NCBI RefSeq assembly: GCF_964355755.1
Contig: NC_092676.1
Coordinates: 315,788-379,787 of the forward strand
DNA length: 64,000 bases
Direction of reading: 5' to 3'
Origin: Antedon mediterranea
Lineage: Eukaryota; Animalia; Echinodermata
The notes beneath the pieces were generated by a model. It was not told where the DNA came from and ran no database searches. It saw nothing but the letters and a program-made list of their open reading frames with translations. The translations under genes were made by a program, and so were the position numbers. Each line of letters starts with the position of its first letter. The first letter of the stretch is position 1. Shown here piece after piece: positions 50,801 through 63,368 of this stretch.

Positions 50801-53800
50801 CATATATAATGCAATTAAAATGGGATATTAAAAGCAAAAGTACTTTATTACCAGGAAGTTTATAAGATCATTGTCCATAGTCTTATTTGTAGTTATGTTG
50901 ATTTGGCATAATGCCAAAGTGCTGGCTAACATTTACAGCCTCCCTCGTCATTTTTACAAACAATTATAGGTTGATTAATGATTTTGATTTGCTAGGACCT
51001 ATGAAGTCATGGTTATTTGGCAAGTTGTGTCATTCTGTGTCACAGACATGCCCAATTCTAACCTTTTTTTTGGATAATCATCATGAAACAAAGTTCAAAT
51101 TGATTTTAGTGATCAAATGATGTAATGGCGCAATGTCTAAGGTCCCCGCAAAGCCAAAGCTCCATCAACCTCTCTTGCAATCTTTTCAAATGTTTTACAG
51201 AAAGTTTTATGGAGTTAAATTTGTTGTGTGAATGTGAACTTCTTGAAATTAAATGTAAGGTATGATAATGAAAGAAACTCTGGTCATCACCTCTCTTGCC
51301 AATAATATTTATGCAGATGTAACGCACCCTTTTATTGTAAACAATTTGTTAGATTTTATAATTTGGCTTGATGTTGATATTCAAAATGATAACTGCTTCA
51401 CATCAAAAGTGTAAGCTATGTCACAAATCATCTGCTTTTATTCCCCCAAGTTTATTTTAAGATCAATCTGAATGACTTTAGTGAGAATTTGAAATTCTCA
51501 AAATCAATCAACTTTTCCAAGAATTTCAGGCACATTGTGTTTGATGCCAATTTCAAGTTGTTTCTTAGTAATGCATGCAAAAACATATCAATTGAAGCCA
51601 GATGACAAAAATAAGTTGATATTATATACAGTGACAATAGTAGTAGTTGCTCACTCTCTGCACAATACATTTGATGAAAGTAAACACACTTAAAATCCTT
51701 AAATCCTTTATTCCCTCCGGTATCATCCAGTACAACAGGAAGTCAAGAAGATAATTTTATATTGTAATTTTTTAGATGTTTTTATATGAATGGTTTTATG
51801 CTATATTTGTTTTTATAGTGTTTTCTTTGTTATTATGACGAGCAATGAATTTCCTTTTTGAGGATCAATAAAAGTTATCTTATCTTATCTTATCTTACTT
51901 CTTCTACAAAGGAAAATCAAAACAAATACAGTAGATGGATAATCATTGCATATTTGTTTTTAATAACTTGTTAAGATAATTTTGTGTGTACTGGTGTATT
52001 TTGTGTGTACTGGTGTATTAATCAATTAACACTAATTGGTTTTTTTATATAGCTATTGTAATGTACTATTATTCATATTGTAATTCATATTTCTTATGAT
52101 GTTATATAATGTTATATGGCTATATGAATATTCTTATTCTCAGGTAGTATTAAAATTTAAAAAAAAATTAATCTAATCTAATCCAAAGTAAGTCCAATGG
52201 ATTAGATTGATATCTTTATAAACATTATAATGCTATCATTTAATTCTGTTTATTATAATTTTACTTATTTATACTGAATGTACCTTTCAGTGATAAAGCA
52301 TTGATTTCAAAAGTGGTTCAGTAGGGAACATTAACAACATAATAAAAATAATTCAAAGACAGCAAAGTTAATTTTTAAAAAAGAAAAGGAAAATGAAAGA
52401 AGCAAAACCACAAATATATTACAGTGTTATGTGAGAGGAAAATATAATTGTTAAAGAAAAATAATTAAATATTTATATTTAAAATTATTAAGTGAAACAA
52501 TATCATATTTCTGTCTAGATTGAAATAGCGTGGGATGAACTCACAAAGGACAATTATTAAAAAGTGTACGACAGGCTACCCTGGAAATTCTCTGAAACAG
52601 ATTTGATTATTATTTGAAATAACAGTGACAATAATAAGCTACACACATGAAAGACAAGATTAAATAAATTGAATAAATTATGCAAATTAGATTTAATAAC
52701 CCCATGAAATAAGCAACCCTCAATACAGTAAATATGGTCAATAATATATAAATAAAACAATAAATTTGTGAATTTACTGTGAATTGTACTATAATATCAA
52801 TCTCTACTCAGAGTCTAGAATAATAATTTTAATTTCTTCTTTTGGAGATAATAAATAAAGTATGTTTTATGTCTTATAGATCTAAAAGATAAAGTGTTAC
52901 CTCCTCTATTAAACAGTCTGTAGTGTAAAACATTTTAACAGTCATTTTTTTTATTATCTAGTTTCAAAGTAATGTTTTTTATATATATTCATTTATTTAT
53001 TTCTGTCTTTATTGTGAAGACACCTTCAGTATGGTTGCACTGATATCATCACTTTGGGATATCATCACTTGGGGATATCATCACTTGGGGATAACATAAA
53101 TCAGATGTACAAAAGTAAAACAATTGAAGTAAAGTAAAATAATAAAAAGAAAAGTACAAATTTAAATGGATAACTACTGTAGAGACATAATTATATACAT
53201 TTGCCATTGTATAAAATTCACAATTAAAATATTGGTATATATGTGCATCATTCAATTAGAAAACAAGTGATAAAGGTTAATTATTTTAATTAAGTTTAAT
53301 ATTAAAATGTTTCTTTTACAGATATCCATGATCCACAAGTTCAATCAAATTCTTTACAGAAATGCTCAAATAATGCAGCAGAAAGCAGGCAATGCCAAGC
53401 TTCACATATTCAAGCATCAGGTACTATTTCACAATTTAATAACATTTACAGGGATTAGATGTTTTTGGCTGTTGGATAGTCTAAAGCTCTGTCTACACTA
53501 TCAAACTAGATTGACAAAAAGTGTGATGTGCCCAAATATGGTAGTGATATGACATCATCATGTCCATATATGGGCACATCACATTTTTGTCACATTAAGT
53601 TTGATTTAGCTTACTTTATTTAAGGTCCCATTGTGTGTTTGTTTCTTATATATCATATATTATACACACACGTGCAGGAAAGGCTTCTTCATATGTGAAA
53701 AAATTAAAAGATAGCTGACCTACTTCCTGAATATAAAAACTACTTCCTGAATATAAAAACTACTTCCTAAATATAAAATCTACTTCCTAAATATAAAACC

Positions 53801-56444
53801 TACTTCCTAAATATTAAAACTACTTCCTAAATATTAAAACCAGACAGTTATCGTAACTCATCATTAGGGCCCCTTGATTGTCAGCATACTCTGTAACTGT
53901 CACTCTATAATTAAGGTTGAATAAAAATAAAAACGTTTTTGAATCATGTGAATAGATTCAATTCATATTTTTTTTCTACTACTAAATTTATTTTATATAA
54001 ATTGTTCTACTTTGTAGATGAAAGACACCACAGAAGTCCTCACAGGCAACCATCGAATACACCGCCCTCTATCCAAGTACACAGTCATTATTCTTACCAA
54101 CCGGATCAACGTCATTGCACAAGCCCCTGCAACACTGAAAGATATCAACATTTTTCATCATTTCCAACACGACAGAGCCCTGGTCAAGTTGTTCAAAGAA
54201 GCCCGACACTTCAGAGTCCTCTACATGTTAGGAAGCAATTTTGTTATGACACGGCGGATCGACGGAGGTCAATATCTACTACGCCACCTGGTGTTACTAG
54301 GACAAATCCAACTTCATCTGATGTTACTAGGACAACACTAGCCTTAAGTGCAACAGCATTTCCTCTTAATTTGTCAGTTTCTCATACTGGTAAATACTTT
54401 ATTTTTTAACAGTATGGAAAACTATTATGCATGGTATCAGTTAGCTAGTCTTGCTCTACACAATTGAGCGCAGAATTCTTATCTTACTATTTCTCAATTG
54501 CAGATAAAACAGAAACTCCAAGTAGTGATTCTGGAACAAGCTCTCCAAGTGAGATTATGGATGAAAAGATTCGTAAACATGCCAAGAGAAGCCGCCACCA
54601 CCATATGAAGACTCCTTACGACACCTCTGATAATATAGTGGTCGATCGTTCCTCATTCAAACGTCGAGTGATTGTCTCTCCAACTTACCACTCACAGTTA
54701 CAAGACAACATCGCCAAAGAAGCTCATCGAAAACATGAATCTACCTTATACAAATACAAAGGAAGTGACCATCATAAAATACCTGGTCAAGAGTCCAGAC
54801 AAAAAAGTCCAATCCATTTGGAAATTGGTGAAAGATTCCCGATTCCTGTTCCACAATTCCAATTTAAGCCAGACTTAGCGATTCCAGTTTTTCCTGGAAC
54901 AAGTTCCATAATGCAGAGCAGGCAGGCATATCAAGGGTCAAACTTTGGCGTCATACCTGGCTTCACAACAACTGTAACTGAGAAGTGTTCAGAAAATTCA
55001 AAACCAACAGGTAAAATTACTAGTTTTAAAATCTCTTTTATTTTATTGGGTATGCACACAATGTATTCAGTAATGTGTATGTACTACGGCCACAAGTTGA
55101 TGATTATACATGTAGTGTAGCATTTTTATTGTGGAATAGAAACTTGTTCACAAAAGTGTGTTTTTTCAAAAGAAAAAGAATGATTCATTTAATTCAATCA
55201 TTTTCAGATTAAACACTTAAATAATAGATTTTGAGAGCAGCGAGCAGGAACAAGCATTAACAATTTTCAGCTCGTCGTAGCTGAACAATATGATAACAAT
55301 TAATGACAAAAAAGACTAAACAAATTATTAACACAATTGATATAATAATATAATGTAATATAAACAAAATGGTAATGTTTTTTTTATCTATTAGATGGTC
55401 GATTGCTTTGGGACTTCCTTGGGCAGCTTCTTCTTGATCGCAAATACCAGCCATATATCCGCTGGGAAGATGAACAGCTGCGAATATTCCGCATCCTAGA
55501 TCCTGTTGCCATTGCCAACCTGTGGGGGCGACAAAAGAACCGCACAAATATGACTTATGAGAAGCTATCGAGGGCGCTGCGTTATTATTACAAGATGAAT
55601 ATTATTAGAAAGGAGCCTGGACAGAAGTTAACTTACAGGTAAGATGACATGCATCAGCAAACACATCACATGCCAATTACATGACGGAAAATTACCAATC
55701 AAAAGGCTGTGGGTATCAGTCTCTTAATGGAAATACAAATAAAATAAACAAAAAAGCAGATTGGAACAATAAAGTAAAACAGCAAGACAGAAATTTCAGA
55801 GCTTTCGAGTAACACTAACCATTCAAAAATTTGGTTAAGCAAGCAAGTAAAAGTAAAAGATATTTTAATATCTGGAAACAGTACTGTTTTCCATCTTATC
55901 AGATCTCGTCAGTGCAGCTCAGGTTTCAAATTATTAATCACATGACTGGCTAAATATAGCCTGGAGCAGGCAAGTGGGTCATGGTATACATTTTATTTAG
56001 GAAAAAGAAAAAAAAAAGTCATTAATAGAACATTTATCTCCATCAAAAATGTACAACATGGCACATTCTGAAATGTACCTTTACTTCTCCATTTGCAGGT
56101 TTTTACAAGATCCTCAAGAGTTGGCTTTGACATACAGGAACAACAAATCGAAAAAAAATAGTGACCTCGCTGGTGAAGTTGACAAGGGAGTTGTAAGCGA
56201 AGACGAAGAGCATGGTGATGAAAGTGATATTGAAGAAATGGCAGAAAGTAGTGTATGCATAAACGAACAAATGAGGCTGATTGACCAAGACAATACCCAA
56301 AGAATGGGTGAAAGTCTCAATGCCGAAAAAGGACATGAAAGAGAATATATTGATGACTTAAATCTACAAAATACAAATGATACAACATGTGTAATTAAGT
56401 TGGAGCCTAAGAGTGACACTGACATTCCAGAAAGCAACAAATAA
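38862..56444 (+). CDS. ETV6: ETS transcription factor of the ETV6/Tel/Yan class (PNT/SAM + ETS)
   Basis: Exons 38862-39063 (start inferred), 39916-40125 (PNT: [19 protein letters not shown]...[11 protein letters not shown]...GDVLYEHLQ), 53322-53420, 54018-54389, 54504-55010, 55395-55638 (ETS: RLLWDFL...[37 protein letters not shown]), 56099-56444. [10 protein letters not shown] and NIIRKEPGQ are Tel-type. Further exons in the 13-kb intron cannot be excluded. Confidence 0.9.
40375..48650. repeat. 51-bp satellite array, ~162 copies, with higher-order duplications, inside an ETV6-like intron
   Basis: Unit TTATCAATATTGTKTGACTCGKTGTCTTCACATTTTAGTCAGTATTGTAGC; no indels seen; source of the two ~2770-aa ORFs. 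Confidence 0.98.
50345..50490 (+). mobile_element. tRNA-derived SINE remnant
   Basis: A-box-like TGGCTTGGTGG (~50377) and B-box GGTTCAATCC (~50420) at tRNA-like spacing, but no complete cloverleaf. Confidence 0.5.
51848..51897 (+). mobile_element. Probable LINE 3' tail remnant
   Basis: TTTCC...GGATCAATAAAAG followed by (TTATC)n, resembling a Rex1/Babar-type 3' end. Confidence 0.35.
53483..53604. mobile_element. MITE family A copy
   Basis: AAGCTCTGTCTACACTATCAAACTAG...AAATATGGTAGTGATATGACATC...AAGTTTGAT. Confidence 0.7.
53720..53841. repeat. 20-bp tandem repeat x6, each with an ETS core (AGGAAGT on the minus strand)
   Basis: CTACTTCCTRAATATWAAAA units starting at 53720, 53740, 53760, 53780, 53800 and 53820. 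Confidence 0.9.
55872..55917 (-). ncRNA. Degenerate minimal type I hammerhead ribozyme (Penelope/retrozyme type)
   Basis: Minus strand CTGCA-CTGACGA-GATCT-GATA-AGATG-GAAAA-CAGTACTG-TT-TCCAG: both core boxes, stem II and palindromic stem III, with mismatches in stems I and II. Confidence 0.5.
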
Positions 56445-58253
56445 TCAAATTTGGGAAATACCTCTCCTGAGTCAGACTACGGGAAGGTAGCCTTAAGACT
56501 AAGTTAGGTACACTGGGGACGATAAATAAAATGATAATATCTATTTTTGACACTATATTATTATGTTAGTGCTGGATCCTCCCTTGAAATGTGTATATGG
56601 TTAGACTATATATGTAATTTCACTTTAGACAGAATTTTTTCTTTAAATTAGTTTAAGAGTACCACAATGTAGAAATCTGCTTCATTAGACTCTCTCTCTC
56701 TTGCATGTTTTAATCTTTAATGTTAACATGTGTTTTGTTTCCAATACCCAGGGTTTATTGTACTTGTTAAGTTAGAAATTAATTTAATTGTTAAAAATAA
56801 AATATTGAGATACTAATGTGTAACAGTATATTATTTTTTATTAAGATATTCTCAGTAATCAAATTATAAATATGAGTCAAGTATGTGCTATTTATGTATT
56901 GAGTTTGTACAGTTAAGTTAAATAAGTTCATTGGATCAAATTAGGATTGAATATTTACAATGATATAATGTATGTAAACCAAGATAGGGAGAAACAAACC
57001 TATCATTTGTACCAATGTTGTTGAGGTGTAAAATTGATGATCTTATGTTAGGGATCATGTTCGTTCAACCAAAACAGTTCATGAGCCTTTTTTGCGGACT
57101 TTTTCAATAGTTTACAAATTATTATTTTGTTATATCGCAGGGCGATGTAAAATTCCTCTCCTTCATTAGGAAAATGTATATAAAATTGTGAGAATATAAA
57201 TTATAAATTAAATTCTTGTATTTCAAATCAAATACATACAATATGTTGGAGCAAGTATATTTGCTTTTTATTTTCTTTCAGTTTCAAGTTTGAGATGAAA
57301 TGAGAAACTGATACAAAGCCGAGAAACAAAATCTCTAAGAATATATGATATTATTGTACATAAATGTTGAGTGTAATAAACCAGAACTAATTTTAAACCC
57401 GTGTATTTTACCCTTTGTGAATAAGACCATATAGAGGATGATAACGATGCACGCCTACCTAATAGTCACAAGGACATGACATGAAATGACATTATACATG
57501 AGATTACCGGTAGATGACATGACATGAAAAGCTAATACTGCATGAAAATAATAATAGTAGAAAGATTATTTTACATTTTGTCCGAGGATAACCAAAACAG
57601 CTATTGTGGGAGACAAGGAAAGTATTACATTCCATTTTATTAGAAATATTTAGGACAAAAATTATACTGTACTTTCAATAAGTTTTTACAGTACATTGTA
57701 CTATGATTTCATTGGCTACTTCTGGAAGAACCCCTAAGTTCATGAAATATCAAACGTAGTCTGGAATTCAGACGTTGTATGGCAGAAACTTTAAGCACCT
57801 ATTTTTTCAGATATATAAAATGTACCAAACTGGTCGATGGAGATGTTTGAATACAAACCGACTGCTGTTTAAAGAGGCTAGACTTCGGCAATACCATTAT
57901 GATAAACGGGCAATAAACTTATTTATTTATTAAAAATGTGGCAAATAGTCCAACTTAATTTTCATCATTAGATAGAATATTAGTAATCCATTAATTAATA
58001 TTCCGTATTAATGTAATACTTTTTCTACAAATTAACTCATTAAATATTTCAGAGTTTCGTCGTTGTTGTAAAAATACGTTAATGGATTCGTCCGCGAAGA
58101 AAGGGGCTAACAAAAAAATAGAGCAGAAAAAAACAGGATGACTAAACTCGGAAGTAAATTAGAGAAAGAAAACATCATCTAATTTTTAATATTTGTAACA
58201 AATGTTATTTAGTATTCGAATAAAAACAAGTACATATTTTAAAGAATATCAAC

Positions 58254-60702
58254 ATGATTAAATTGTTCTCACTAAAGCAACAAAAGAAAGAAGAGGAGAC
58301 ATTGGGAAAGTCAGGCTCTAAGCCGAGAGGTTCCAGTGCTGCTCAGTTACGAATCCAGAAAGGTTAGCACCGCCACCGTTGTTGGTTACTACAAATACCT
58401 TGTGCATCGTGGGCCTAGCCCCAAACATTATATAGCCTGCTATATATATATTTATAATTAATTGTTATTTTTATTGATTTTGTGGATCTGGAAATGTGTA
58501 AAACTATTATTTAAATTAGTTTTTCTTTTGGAATTATTATTAAACCTTGCAGTTAATATTTTGTAGTTACTTTTTGTTGTGATGTGTTTGCCACTCCACA
58601 GCAGGCACAGAACTAACACTATTCAGTGAGAGTGAGTGCGGTGGATTGAATTAAAAATAAACCTGGCAATGAAATAAATATATATTATTCTACTGTTTTC
58701 TTTTATTGGGTTAAATTGTGATAATAACATTAATTAGTTAGGTAAAAAAACTATAGTATTAATAATATGCAGTTTTGCAAATCACCTCCAAATCTCTTTA
58801 ATCTGTCTTAAAAGTCGAGAACAGTGATCACCATAACATCGTCTGTTAGAGGCAGAATGTGCCATATATATTTCAAACAATTTAGTATTCTTTTTCTTAA
58901 CTAAACATGTTTCTCCCTCTTATTCAGATATCGCAGATTTAAATTTACCACAGACATGCCAGATTGAATACCCTGACCCAGATGACCTGCTAGACTTCAA
59001 ACTCACAATTTCACCTGATGAAGGCTTTTATCGCAATGGTCGATTTGTATTTATATTTAAGGTATTCACAAATGACTTTTTTTATTCATTGTGTATATAG
59101 CGAAATTGAAAAATAATCTTTTAATTGACAGTTAAATAAAAATATAAATTCATTTTGGCAATAAATAGGGGGAAAATAAATATCAAAACAATTTTGTTTA
59201 TTTTGTTATACTTCTGCCCCTGAAGCTTTTTGCATACTTTATTTGTATCTCCATTGAGATAATCCAGCGCCACTAATACCCACAGAATTTTTCAGTAACT
59301 TGCCTTTTGATTTTAATAGATAATTAAATATTATATTAGAATAAATTGCAACATTATTTTAATAATATTTGTGTTTAGGTTGGTCCAGGTTATCCACATG
59401 ATGCACCAAAAGTAAAATGTGAAACCAAGGTTTATCATCCAAACATTGACTTGGAGGGCAATGTATGTTTAAACATTCTCAGGTAAGACAGCCAATTCAT
59501 CCAAACATTGACTTGGAGGGCAATGTATGTTTAAACATTCTCGGGTAAGACAGCCAATTCATCCAAACATTGACTTGGAGGGCAATGTATGTTTAAACAT
59601 TCTCAGGTAAGACAGCCAATTCATCCAAACATTGACTTGGAGGGCAATGTATGTTTAAACATTCTCGGGTAAGACAGCCAATTCATCCAAACATTGACTT
59701 GGAGGGCAATGTATGTTTAAACATTCTCGGGTAAGACAGCCAATTCATCCAAACATTGACTTGGAGGGCAATGTATGTTTAAACATTCTCAGGTAAGACA
59801 GCCAATTCATCCAAACATTGACTTGGATGGCAATGTATGTTTAAACATTCTCAGGTAAGACAGCCAATTCATCCAAACATTGACTTGGAGGGCAATGTAT
59901 GTTTAAACATTCTCAGGTAAGATAGCCAATTCATCCAAACATTGACTTGGAGGGCAATGTATGTTTAAACATCCTCAGGTAAGACAGCCAATTCTGGTTA
60001 CCTTCTCCCAAAATGTTTGTTATTCTGTAGTTAGTTTCTAAGTAAGTTGTATTCTGTGTGTATGTCAATTTTGTTTTCTGTTTTTTAGGGAAGACTGGAA
60101 ACCGGTACTAACAATCAGCTCAATCATTTACGGCCTACAATATCTTTTATTGGTATGTTCTAACAAATTTGATTTTGTTATTCCGAGTTCTTTATGAAAA
60201 TACTTATTTCTTCTTTCAGTGAATGAAAACATGGTATTTTTTGTTTACATTTAAGTTAAGCTTTGTTAGAAAGTCATAGTCATTTGATTGAAAGTTTGTC
60301 ATGCCTGCATATTAGAAATGACATTCAGTTGTAGAACTCAAATTAACACATCATTAAACCAGCCGTCATCACATTATTCCCTCGACAACACATGCCAGTA
60401 ATACAATACGACATACAGTGTATATAAAGTTAAAGTTAATGAGTGACTGTACCATTGTTTTCATTTTTCCATTTTGTTTCTTTCTATATTGCTTTATTTT
60501 ATAATTATCTAACACTTTCTAATTATCTAACACTTTCTATCTCTTTTTAATTTTTAAGGAGCCTAATCCTGACGACCCATTGAACCGTGAAGCAGCTGAA
60601 GTTCTTAGACAAAACAGGAAAATATTTGAGCAAAATGTAATGAAATCAATGCGTGGTGGATACATTGGCAATACATATTTTGACCGATGTTTAAGACTAT
60701 GA
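58254..60702 (+). CDS. UBE2M: NEDD8-conjugating enzyme Ubc12/UBE2M
   Basis: Exons 58254-58362 ([24 protein letters not shown]), 58928-59061 ([19 protein letters not shown]), 59379-59482 ([34 protein letters not shown]), 60089-60152 (EDWKPVLTI), 60559-60702 ([16 protein letters not shown]...[15 protein letters not shown]). Confidence 0.97.
59436..59994 (+). repeat. 62-bp tandem array of UBE2M exon-3 3' end plus 5' splice site (9 donors)
   Basis: Unit CATCCAAACATTGACTTGGAGGGCAATGTATGTTTAAACATTCTCRG|GTAAGACAGCCAATT; GT donors every 62 nt from 59483 to 59979. Confidence 0.95.
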
Positions 60703-61062
60703 TAAGGAAGCTAGGAAAGCTGTAATGTAAGCGGTCTAGCGTTCCTACCAACAGTTAGTTGCTCTGTCAAACCTTTAAAAATGCTATTATTATTTATATT
60801 TGAATCCTGTACCCAACAACTTTGATTTAATGTAAATTTTCTAATGATTATTTAAATAAGCATGTATTGTGGGAGGCCTTCTTGAGTATATCATAAGCAC
60901 CATTTGGGTTGTGGTTGAATCCTAAGACTTCACAGTCTTTTTAATTTACATATGGAAGTAAATTTAACTGAAATATTAACATTTTAGAGCCCAGAGCCTC
61001 TTAACACCACTTGTTGCTATACATATCTAGAATTAACATACCCACAACCCAGATAAACAATC

Positions 61063-61303
61063 AACAGGATTAAGTTTAGGGGAAATGACAATGTAGTGAC
61101 AGTGAGATGGTCTAGAGAAACAATGAACAGGATTAAGTTTAGGGGAAATGACAATGTAGTGACAGTGAGATGGTCTAGAGAAACAATGAACAGGATTAAG
61201 TTTAGGGGAAATGACAATGTAGTGACAGTGAGATGGTCTAGAGAAACAATGAACAGGATTAAGTTTAGGGGAAATGACAATGTAGTGTCAGTGAGATGGT
61301 CTA
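61063..61303. repeat. 63-bp minisatellite, ~3.8 copies, downstream of UBE2M
   Basis: Unit AGGATTAAGTTTAGGGGAAATGACAATGTAGTGACAGTGAGATGGTCTAGAGAAACAATGAAC. Confidence 0.9.
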
Positions 61304-63368
61304 GTAAAAGATAGTGATGTGTGATATATTCGCACAGTAAAGGAGCATGCCAAATGTCAGATAATGGAGTTCACATGTTCTACTAAAATCCTGTGAAAAA
61401 GGTCCAGTTTTCCAATATCGGATCACAAAGTGGTTTTTTATTTGTCTCTTTTGTAGTATAGTAAATGTGTATTCATTTATAATCCCACTGTAAACTGCTT
61501 ATTACATTGCCTCCTTTCAACAACTCAATTACCTTACATTAAAATGTCCAATGTGTTTTGTAATACCATATTTTTCATGTTTTTAATCGGGTCATGTCAT
61601 GTCACCAAATTTAGTATGATTTTTAACTACTACTACTGGAAACATGTCTATTGCAAGATAATACAGTAATACTAGAATTTAAAGTTGATTTTGTAAATTG
61701 TAATATTTATATTAACCATAAACCTGTCAGAAAAAACAGTCTGGTGTGATGATACTTTTTGTTTTCTGGAATTGGTTGAAAGTTAAAATGGCAACATTGG
61801 TTTTGTATGTAATCACCTTTTGGGAATCCCAAGTACAACTCTTCCATTCTTTATATGTAGTGCATTTGAGTGTGATTTCATTTTAAAGAATGTATTTTGA
61901 TTTGTAGTGAATTATATAGATACTGCAATTTAAAATAGGTCTGTGTTTAGGTTTTGTAACATTCATTTTATATTTAACACTAATAATATTCAACCTATAT
62001 AATCCATTAATAATGTAGGCCTACACATGAAATGAGAATTTTGGTGTTTATAAACTGTTGAAATTCCTAACATTAAATCAAATATTTTACCAATTCAATG
62101 CTCTATTCATATTGGTATATACCATAGGTAGGTTAAATTGCTACTGTATAAATATGGTAGGGAATGCTAGCAAGGTTGCTGTGACGTCAAAAACAAAATG
62201 TTACCCGAACATTACCTCTTTTTTTTTCATTTTTCATGTAAAAACAAAGTAAATAAACAATAATACAGTATGTAGATGTTGATAGAATTTTATTTCATTA
62301 ATTTTTCTATTCAATAGTTTTTTGAGTGTCATCAATAATTTTTAACACTGAAACTCCTATTTGGATGGATGGCTCTGTTAATTTTTGTTATACCGCCCCC
62401 TCTATCTGTTCATGCATATCATCAGTTAATTGATTGGCTGTGACGTCATCTCCAAGGCAACTTTTCCAAACGCTGAAGATTCGAGTATCTAAAAATAAAA
62501 ATATTCAATACAATGAATGAAAATCCCATGTTTTAAATTCGGTGTTATTACGAAACAAATAAGAAGGAATCGGCATCTCTTTAAAGGTCAGAATCAAACA
62601 ATATATTAATATAATAATTATAGCCTAGGCCTAGCTAGGCTAAGCTAGCGTATGTAGGCCTAGCCTATTCGAGGCTCCTCCGAAAACAGCGTGTGTGTTG
62701 TGCGTGCCGTGTGATCCTCCCATCACCCATCATCATCAACAGACCAACCTATCCTCCTCCTCCTTCTGTAAATAGGTAGGCCTAGATACAGTAAGTTATA
62801 GCTGCTGCCCTATAATAGAGCAGCATTGTATGCCATAGTAATGCAGGCTGTATGGTCATTATTTTTTATGCATTTCATTCAGAATCAGATGTTATTTCGG
62901 TGGTGACAAATGAAATTGGCCGTGTTTTATTTTGGTATTTTTTGATGATAAATAAAAAAGTATAAAACAAAAAAATGACCGGTTTCATGCACGGTCAATA
63001 TCAAACGTGACTGATGGTAATCAAAGACCGACAACCAACCTACGTTATGTCAAGCGATGGAATGTGTCGTCTCGGTCATCCACGGTCTGGAACTAGAAAG
63101 TAAACCATCAAACCTGCTCACAATGAACTATCATGACATTAGCATTAATTAAATTAATTAGCTCGCTAATGATGAGATGTGGGACACCAGATTTTACCCA
63201 ACCCTGCAATTTTTTTTCAGTATTTTAATAAATTTTGCAGGATTATTGAGAAAAATAGTATTTTAAATGTCTGTATTTTTATATTGTCATCTTGCAATGG
63301 AAGACAATTTAAAAACTTAATCTATAAGTCTATAATATTTTTTTATTTGTACTGGTAGCGTCCACAAG

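Noticed and set aside
24391-60702. Functional ubiquitin-pathway cluster (RNF25 + UBE2M)
   Set aside because: UBE2M conjugates NEDD8 and is not a known RNF25 partner; the genes are 30 kb apart with an unrelated gene between; adjacency is probably incidental.
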